The notes under the pieces: model-generated
Databases searched by the model: none
The model's input: only the letters and a program-made list of their open reading frames with translations
What the model was told of the DNA's origin: nothing
Origin: Pseudomonadota bacterium
GTDB lineage: Bacteria; Pseudomonadota; Alphaproteobacteria; Rickettsiales; UBA1997
Length of the DNA: 59,723 nt
Assembly (NCBI GenBank): GCA_040384945.1
Contig: JAZKII010000013.1
Coordinates: 1-59,723 of the forward strand
Direction: 5' to 3'
Made by a program: the position numbers and the translations under genes
Shown here: positions 54,279 through 59,723 of the stretch, piece after piece
Layout of the letters: each line of letters begins with the position of its first letter
How positions within the stretch are numbered: position 1 is the stretch's first letter

Positions 54279-54605
54279 TTAAGAAATAACAGGAGGAGCG
54301 CGCGGGGCTTTGGAGGCTAAAAGATAAGAAAGTTTTACGCGGTTAAATTTGCGTAAAGCAAAAACCATGAAAAAAAACGCCGTATAAAATGCTAACTTCG
54401 GCGCTAAAGAAATTTGGTTTTGAAAAGAGGAAAAACTGCACAAATAACAATCATGTGCTTTGCCAGAGGTTTTTTCATGCGAAACAACATCACTTTGGTG
54501 CGAAAAACTATGCACAAGCGAAATGCTTCCACCTGCTATAAAAATAGCGAGGAAGAAAAAAGCGCAGAGTTTTGTAAATTTGGATTGGATTTTTAACTTA
54601 AACAT
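54279..54605 (-). CDS. small membrane-anchored protein with His-rich/CxxC segment
   Basis: About 108 aa from ATG 54605. One N-terminal TM, then HSFSHQSDVVSHEKTSGKAHDCYLC, which is a possible metal ligand set. It is the first gene of the receptor operon. Family assignment is uncertain. Confidence 0.45.
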   Translation of the reverse strand: MFKLKIQSKFTKLCAFFFLAIFIAGGSISLVHSFSHQSDVVSHEKTSGKAHDCYLCSFSSFQNQISLAPKLAFYTAFFFMVFALRKFNRVKLSYLLASKAPRAPPVIS

Positions 54606-54650
54606 CAAAGCTGATTAAAATTATACCAATGTCAAAATCAATATAAAATT

Positions 54651-55436
54651 ATGCCTGCTCAAATTCTCACCCTTTTAGAAAAAGTCGGACATTTCACTTT
54701 GTCTAATTTAGCAAAGCTCGGCGAGATGGTTTTATTCATGCTCAACGCGGTTCGCCACTGTTTTACGCCACCATTTTATCCGCGATTAATTTTGCGCCAG
54801 TTTTTACAAATCGGTTATTTTTCTTTGCCAGTTGTTGGTTTAACCGCGATTTTTTCCGGCGCGGTTTTGGCGCTGCAAAGCTATTCCGGATTCTCGCGCT
54901 TTAACGCTGAAAGCACGATTGCAACAGTTGTAGTTCTTTCAATTACAAGAGAACTTGGACCGGTATTAGCCGGACTAATGGTCGCCGGAAGAGTTGGCGC
55001 TTCAATGGCCGCGGAAATCGGAACTATGAAAGTTACCGAACAAATTGATGCGCTGCGCACTCTTTCCACTAATCCTTTCAAATATTTAGTAGCACCGCGC
55101 GTAATCGCCGGAATTTTAATGTTGCCATTCTTAGTTTTAATTGCCGACATTATCGGCGTAATGGGCGGCTATTTGGTCAGCGTTCATTCTTTAGGATTTT
55201 CACCCGGGCCTTACATCAGCAACACTTTAAAATTTTTAGAAACAATCGACGTAGTTTCCGGCTTAGTAAAAGCAGCATTTTTTGGATTTGTAATTTCAAT
55301 TATGGGCTGTTATTTCGGCTATAATTCCAAAGGTGGCGCCGAAGGAGTTGGTATTGCTACAACCAATGCTGTCGTGGCTGCATCAATTGTGATTCTGCTT
55401 TTAAATTATATAATCACCGGCGTGTTTTTTGGATAG
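54651..55436 (+). CDS. mlaE: MlaE-family ABC transporter permease (phospholipid transport)
   Basis: 261 aa. ...REL.PVLAGLMVAGRVGASMAAEIGTMKVTEQIDAL... is the hallmark MlaE/Ttg2B motif. Confidence 0.85.
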   Translation: MPAQILTLLEKVGHFTLSNLAKLGEMVLFMLNAVRHCFTPPFYPRLILRQFLQIGYFSLPVVGLTAIFSGAVLALQSYSGFSRFNAESTIATVVVLSITRELGPVLAGLMVAGRVGASMAAEIGTMKVTEQIDALRTLSTNPFKYLVAPRVIAGILMLPFLVLIADIIGVMGGYLVSVHSLGFSPGPYISNTLKFLETIDVVSGLVKAAFFGFVISIMGCYFGYNSKGGAEGVGIATTNAVVAASIVILLLNYIITGVFFG

Positions 55437-55439
55437 TTC

Positions 55440-55820
55440 ATGACAAACGCAAAAAAACAAAAAAACGTCAGCTTCAATCCTGAAGTTCAGAATGAGAAGA
55501 AAAGTGAACCCTTAAAAACAGAATATAAAGAATCTTGGAAAAAGCGTCACCAAGTCCTGCTAGATAGGACAGAGTTTTCTGCAGAGTACTTAGATTTACA
55601 AACACAATACGCCAAAATCACCAAGGAACTTCGTCAAGAAAATAAAGCAGAAGATCACAAAAGATTTGAGGAAGAAACTAAAAATGAACCAAAAATAAAA
55701 CTTTCCAGAAATAAAACTTATAACAATCTTACAGGAATAAACCAAACACCAAACGCGGAAACTTCTCCTAATTGTTTCTACAGATTATGCACAACAATCG
55801 TTTCTCTCTTTAATAAGTAA
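55440..55820 (+). CDS. hypothetical Lys/Glu-rich protein (126 aa)
   Basis: ORF starting 3 nt after mlaE. Low-complexity and charged, with no recognisable domain. It occupies the position where an Mla partner would be expected. Confidence 0.4.
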   Translation: MTNAKKQKNVSFNPEVQNEKKSEPLKTEYKESWKKRHQVLLDRTEFSAEYLDLQTQYAKITKELRQENKAEDHKRFEEETKNEPKIKLSRNKTYNNLTGINQTPNAETSPNCFYRLCTTIVSLFNK

Positions 55821-55829
55821 TCATTCACG

Positions 55830-56711
55830 ATGAATTATCACCACATCTACCACGCCGGAAATTTTGCTGATGTTTTTAAGCATGTAATTCTCACACTTTG
55901 TTTGGAAAAAATGCATGAAAAACCGGCCTCTTTTTTTGCGCTCGATACTCACGCCGGCATTGGAAAATATGATCTTTTTGATGAGAAATCGCTGAAAACT
56001 TTTGAAGCTGATGAAGGCATAAAAAAACTTTTAGCCCAGAAAAATTTTGCTGATTTTTTGCCAACACGTTTTTTGCATATTTTAGCCAAAATTAATCGCT
56101 GTGAAATTTCGGAATTGCCAGAAAAACTTAAGGTTTACGCGGGTTCGCCGGTTTTAATTAAAGATTATTTACGTCGCGACGATAGCGCGATTTTTAACGA
56201 ATTAAACCGCGAAGATTTTTACCAATTGCGTAAAAGTTTCGCCGGAAGCGAGCGTTTTTCTTTATTTAATCTTGATGGTTTTTCGCTGTTAAAATCAAAA
56301 CTTCCACCACTTGAAAAACGGGGATTAATCGTGATTGATCCCGCTTTTGAAAAAGACCAAAATAAAATTTCCGATGATTATCAAAAAATTGTCGAGAACT
56401 TAGAAGAAGCTTACAAACGCTTTGCTCACGGCACTTATTTAATTTGGTATCCGATCATAAAAACTGATGGTGAAGTTTTAGCGAAATTTCACAAAGCGAT
56501 GGGAAATTTAAAATTTGAGAAAATTTTACACGCCACTTTTGATATTGGACAAAAAGAAGATGAAACTAAAATGCATGCCTGCGGAATGTTTATTTTCAAT
56601 GCTCCGTGGCAATTAGATGAAAAGCTAAATTTTTGTTTCCCGCAGATTTTGAAGATTTTGAAAAAAAGCGAAGCGGCGAATTTTGAAGTGAAGTGGATTA
56701 AGAATTCTTAA
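55830..56711 (+). CDS. rlmJ: 23S rRNA (adenine2030-N6)-methyltransferase RlmJ
   Basis: 293 aa. The N-terminus MNYHHIYHAGNFADVFKHVIL matches the RlmJ/YhiR hallmark (Y.H.FHAGN.ADV.KH). ...IDPAFE... motif present. Confidence 0.8.
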   Translation: MNYHHIYHAGNFADVFKHVILTLCLEKMHEKPASFFALDTHAGIGKYDLFDEKSLKTFEADEGIKKLLAQKNFADFLPTRFLHILAKINRCEISELPEKLKVYAGSPVLIKDYLRRDDSAIFNELNREDFYQLRKSFAGSERFSLFNLDGFSLLKSKLPPLEKRGLIVIDPAFEKDQNKISDDYQKIVENLEEAYKRFAHGTYLIWYPIIKTDGEVLAKFHKAMGNLKFEKILHATFDIGQKEDETKMHACGMFIFNAPWQLDEKLNFCFPQILKILKKSEAANFEVKWIKNS

Positions 56712-56722
56712 TTATATTTAAA

Positions 56723-57769
56723 CTACAGCCCCGTTCTCTCATCAATCTTCAAGACATCAACAATATCAAAAAGCAAGCTAATCTGCTCGATAATTTTTTT
56801 ACATTCTCCCGCCACATCCATTTTTTTCAGCAGCGAATTCGGCTCAAATAAATTTTTACTGCCGTGAAATATTAAAAGCAGGCTGCCTTGATGAAAACTG
56901 GCCTCAACTTTCTTACTTTCAAAATGGCAGGATAATTTTTTCAGACGCTCCATAAAGGCGGTTGTAAGGAGATAACGCGCTTCAATTTGGTCACTGGAAT
57001 AAACCTGAAACATTTTTTCAAACTCCGGATCTTCTAATTCAACCTGCGATAAATTGCCGAAATCATCACTATGCGAAGTTTTTTGGATCATATTTCCTAA
57101 GAAACCTTTATCATCTTTGACCAAAGTGTGACCCTTAAAATTTTTGTTAAAATCAAAAATCACCACTGCACCGCGAAAAACCTGTTTGATGTTTTTTCTG
57201 CCTTTTAGGTCTCTTGTTTCAACGGTAGCGCACAATTCAGAAAATCCCAAATCAACATTTTTATATTTCCCCAAAACCAAATCCTGCGAAATTACCTTAT
57301 CATAATAAGGCAAAATATTAAAACGCGGCAGAGCCCAACGATCAGCCTTTCCTTCCGGATCAAAAGAGAATTGAAAAAAACTGAAAATATTAATGAATAA
57401 TCCTGATTTTATTTTGCTTTTAAACTCGCTCCAAGCCCGATAAGGCATGTAAAAAAAACCGACGGAAATAATGCAGCAAAAACCAAAAAGATATTGATTA
57501 GCTTTGTTGCCGTAATTTGCTTGAAATGAACTTTTTTCAACATGATAAAATGCAATCCAGACAATAGCCGAAGCAATAGTTGCGATCGGCATCCAAATCA
57601 GAAAATTTTTGCGATATTTAAGGCGGATTTTTTCTAAATCTAAAGCGGCAGGCCTGATTTTTTCATCATAAAATTTGGCAAAACCGGCATCTCTTACGCC
57701 GGTTTCCACAAATTCTGCATCTATTGCGCAATCCTTGTTTTTACTATTCCCAAAAGAGAAAAATTTCAT
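56723..57769 (-). CDS. membrane protein, DUF3137-like (LemA-associated)
   Basis: 348 aa. Two TM segments after a ~60-aa N-terminal region, and tight coupling to the upstream lemA (3-nt gap). The domain call is from memory of the LemA/DUF3137 gene pairing and is unverified. Confidence 0.5.
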   Translation of the reverse strand: MKFFSFGNSKNKDCAIDAEFVETGVRDAGFAKFYDEKIRPAALDLEKIRLKYRKNFLIWMPIATIASAIVWIAFYHVEKSSFQANYGNKANQYLFGFCCIISVGFFYMPYRAWSEFKSKIKSGLFINIFSFFQFSFDPEGKADRWALPRFNILPYYDKVISQDLVLGKYKNVDLGFSELCATVETRDLKGRKNIKQVFRGAVVIFDFNKNFKGHTLVKDDKGFLGNMIQKTSHSDDFGNLSQVELEDPEFEKMFQVYSSDQIEARYLLTTAFMERLKKLSCHFESKKVEASFHQGSLLLIFHGSKNLFEPNSLLKKMDVAGECKKIIEQISLLFDIVDVLKIDERTGL

Positions 57770-57772
57770 TTT

Positions 57773-58339
57773 TTACAGAAAATTCTTCGCATCAACCGGC
57801 TGTTTGGCAGCTTCAGTTGCTTCATAAAGTGGCATGGTTTTTACACCGGCAATTGCGGCAATTATATTGCCCGGGAAAATCTGAATTGAATTTCTAAGTG
57901 AAGCCACTGCTGAATTATAAAATCTTCTTGATGCCGCAATTTGTGCCTCAACTTCATTATAAGTTTGTTGAGCCTGAAGCATGTTCTGACTTGATTTTAG
58001 CTCAGGATAATTTTCAGCACGCAACATAAAATTATTCATTTTTTGCGACAATTCCGCTGCAAGTTCTAAATGTTTTTTTAGCTCTGCCGGATTTTTGGAA
58101 TCATAATTTTGTGATAATTGTTCACGTAATTTAGTTACTTCGGTAAATATTTTTTCTTCATGCTCCATGAATTTTTTAGCGATGGTTAAAATATTCGGGA
58201 TTAATTCCAAACGGTTTTGCAATTGCACATCAACACCAGCTAAAGCTTCTAAAGCCTTGTTACGTCTGCTTATAACGATAGTATACCAGAAATAAAATAC
58301 CGCCAGAATCGCAATTATCAAAATCAAATTTACACTCAT
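57773..58339 (-). CDS. lemA: LemA family protein
   Basis: 188 aa. N-terminal TM then ...RRNKALEA...V.LQ.R..LIPN......KF..HE...F..V...R... and ...RRFYN.AV...N......FP pattern. Confidence 0.85.
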   Translation of the reverse strand: MSVNLILIIAILAVFYFWYTIVISRRNKALEALAGVDVQLQNRLELIPNILTIAKKFMEHEEKIFTEVTKLREQLSQNYDSKNPAELKKHLELAAELSQKMNNFMLRAENYPELKSSQNMLQAQQTYNEVEAQIAASRRFYNSAVASLRNSIQIFPGNIIAAIAGVKTMPLYEATEAAKQPVDAKNFL

Positions 58340-58355
58340 GTTACTACCAAAAAAA

Positions 58356-58967
58356 TTAATGAGAAAAATCTTCTAGATTCAGGCGCGAGCCCAAATCAAA
58401 AAACATTTCATCGTGAGTTACTATAATTACCAAACCATTTTCTTTGATCCTAGTTTGAATCAGGCCATGAAGCATTTCCTTTCCGGCCTTGTCAAGATTA
58501 TTGGAAGGTTCATCCAAAATCCAGACAGTTGCCGGACAGCATAACAGCTTGGCCAACATTACGCGTTTTTGCCAACCGGCGGAAAGATTTTTTACTTTTT
58601 CATTTGTTAAATTTGTGAGCTGGAAAAAACTTAAAGCGGAAGAAAGTGCTGCTTCAGTGGCAGAAAGTTTGGCGTAGAATTTTAGGTTTTCTGCAACTGT
58701 TAATTCCGGTTTGAGGAAATTTTTATGACCTAAAAACTGGCTGTCGCCGTTAAAATCATCGCGGAAATTTTCAATATTATTGCCACCCCATAAAATTTCG
58801 CCCTGCTTGGCCTTAGAAATTCCGGCGATAATTTTTAACAAACTGCTTTTGCCGCAACCATTGCGGCCAGTGATTATCAAGGCTGAACCAATGCCCACCG
58901 AAAAACCTAAATCGGAAAAAATTTTCTTGTGATCTTTGAAAAACGAAAGATTATTGACAGTAAGCAT
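58356..58967 (-). CDS. ccmA: heme exporter ATP-binding protein CcmA
   Basis: 203 aa short ABC ATPase. Walker A GRNGCGKSS, signature LSAGWQKR, Walker B ILDEP. Size and motifs are typical of CcmA. ccmB is not adjacent. Confidence 0.75.
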   Translation of the reverse strand: MLTVNNLSFFKDHKKIFSDLGFSVGIGSALIITGRNGCGKSSLLKIIAGISKAKQGEILWGGNNIENFRDDFNGDSQFLGHKNFLKPELTVAENLKFYAKLSATEAALSSALSFFQLTNLTNEKVKNLSAGWQKRVMLAKLLCCPATVWILDEPSNNLDKAGKEMLHGLIQTRIKENGLVIIVTHDEMFFDLGSRLNLEDFSH

Positions 58968-59007
58968 ATCCCTTTGGAACCCCTGATTTTACTGATTATT
59001 TTCAACT

Positions 59008-59667
59008 ATGTCGAACCTGAAATTTTACGAATATTCTGATGTCAAAGATCCCAAATATCTAGTGGTTTTCTTGCATGGCTACGGCGCAAATGGTGAAAAC
59101 TTGCTCGATCTTTCTTACGAATTTAAAAAGATTTTACCCGATGCTCACTTTATTTCTCCCAACGCGATTGAACCTTGGGAAGGCGGATTTCCGCATGCTT
59201 ACCAATGGTTTTCATTAAGCGCTGGAATGGAGCGCAGAAGCCTTAATGTAATGGCAGATTCAGTAAAAAATGCCAATAAAACTTTACAGCATTTTATTAA
59301 TTCGCAACTTGAGCGTTTTAAACTGACAGCTGAAAATCTTTTTTTGGTTGGCTTCTCGCAAGGCGCGATGATGGCGCTTTATCAGGGTTTTATTCAGGCC
59401 AAGAAACCTGCAGGCGTAATTTCATTTTCCGGCAAATTGGTTTTACCGGAAATGGTAAATGAAAAAACTTTATCCAAACCAGAAATTTGCCTGATTCACG
59501 GCGAATCTGATTCTGTCGTGCCTTTCTCAAGCCTTGCTGAAGCTGAGGCGACGCTTAAAGAAAATAATATTTCTTTTGAAGCCCATCCAATTCCAAATCT
59601 CGATCATTCGATTGATATTCATGCAATTCGCATCGCGCAAAATTTTATCAAGAAACAAATTTCTTAG
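59008..59667 (+). CDS. alpha/beta hydrolase, phospholipase/carboxylesterase family
   Basis: 219 aa. VVFLHGYGANG, nucleophile elbow GFSQGAMMAL, and a late ...HGESDSVVP...H... triad context. Confidence 0.8.
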   Translation: MSNLKFYEYSDVKDPKYLVVFLHGYGANGENLLDLSYEFKKILPDAHFISPNAIEPWEGGFPHAYQWFSLSAGMERRSLNVMADSVKNANKTLQHFINSQLERFKLTAENLFLVGFSQGAMMALYQGFIQAKKPAGVISFSGKLVLPEMVNEKTLSKPEICLIHGESDSVVPFSSLAEAEATLKENNISFEAHPIPNLDHSIDIHAIRIAQNFIKKQIS

Positions 59668-59679
59668 ATTTAGTAATTC

Positions 59680-59723
59680 AGATCATCGAGCAAAGCACGA
59701 AGTGCGTCGTCGAGATGCTGGCT
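59680..59723. repeat. family-2 palindromic repeat, compound form, truncated by window end
   Basis: AGATCATCGAGCAAAGCACGAAGTGCGTCGTCGAGATGCTGGCT aligns with the left 44 nt of the 4478 copy. It starts 13 nt after the esterase stop. Confidence 0.75.

Noticed and set aside
54606-54650. Promoter or Fur/Zur box in the divergent spacer between the receptor operon and mlaE (TTGACATTGGTATAAT on the minus strand)
   Set aside because: The -35-like and -10-like hexamers are only 4 nt apart, and no convincing 19-bp Fur/Zur palindrome is present. This cannot be supported from sequence alone.

Overview
AT-rich chromosomal segment from an alphaproteobacterium that looks like an intracellular symbiont or pathogen (Rickettsiales/Holosporales-like). 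Evidence for that placement: a circularly permuted (two-piece) ssrA/tmRNA gene, an alpha-type SspB, and a Rickettsia-type giant GltD/PyrK-like fusion protein. I call about 50 protein genes. Most are housekeeping: waaA, ubiH-family, fumC, tpiA, rnd, pal, murE, pyrF, plsY, sspB, a carB C-terminal half, xthA, murC, nth, gabD, recJ, ilvD, dprA, pheS, rluC-like, crcB, metK, gltX, apaG, tsaB, pgi, dsbB, mlaE, rlmJ, lemA and ccmA. RNA genes are tRNA-Cys(GCA) and the tmRNA. No transposase, integrase, CRISPR array or rRNA is visible. Observations worth a second look: (1) an ankyrin-repeat protein ending in a canonical eukaryotic CaaX prenylation box (...GCCVIS-stop); (2) two paralogous prepilin-like proteins with LamG-like domains, one carrying a Cys-rich spacer and a ~240-aa polyglycine-rich C-terminal domain, with an orphan PilB/GspE ATPase and dprA elsewhere in the window; (3) a permuted tmRNA whose tag duplicates the ANDNF adaptor-binding motif (ANDNFANDNFEFTPVALAA), sits directly upstream of sspB, and has a long GC-rich structured segment between its two pieces; (4) two families of nested-palindrome intergenic repeats (4 REPIN-like double hairpins and 3 AGGTCrTCGAGCAAAG elements), often next to genes separated from their usual operon partners; (5) a stand-alone C-terminal half of carB; (6) a TonB-dependent receptor/TonB/orphan ZnuA-like binding-protein operon; (7) several large ORFan proteins and lineage-specific in-frame insertions in FumC and TpiA. 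All functional calls rest on motif recognition by eye. No database searches were run.
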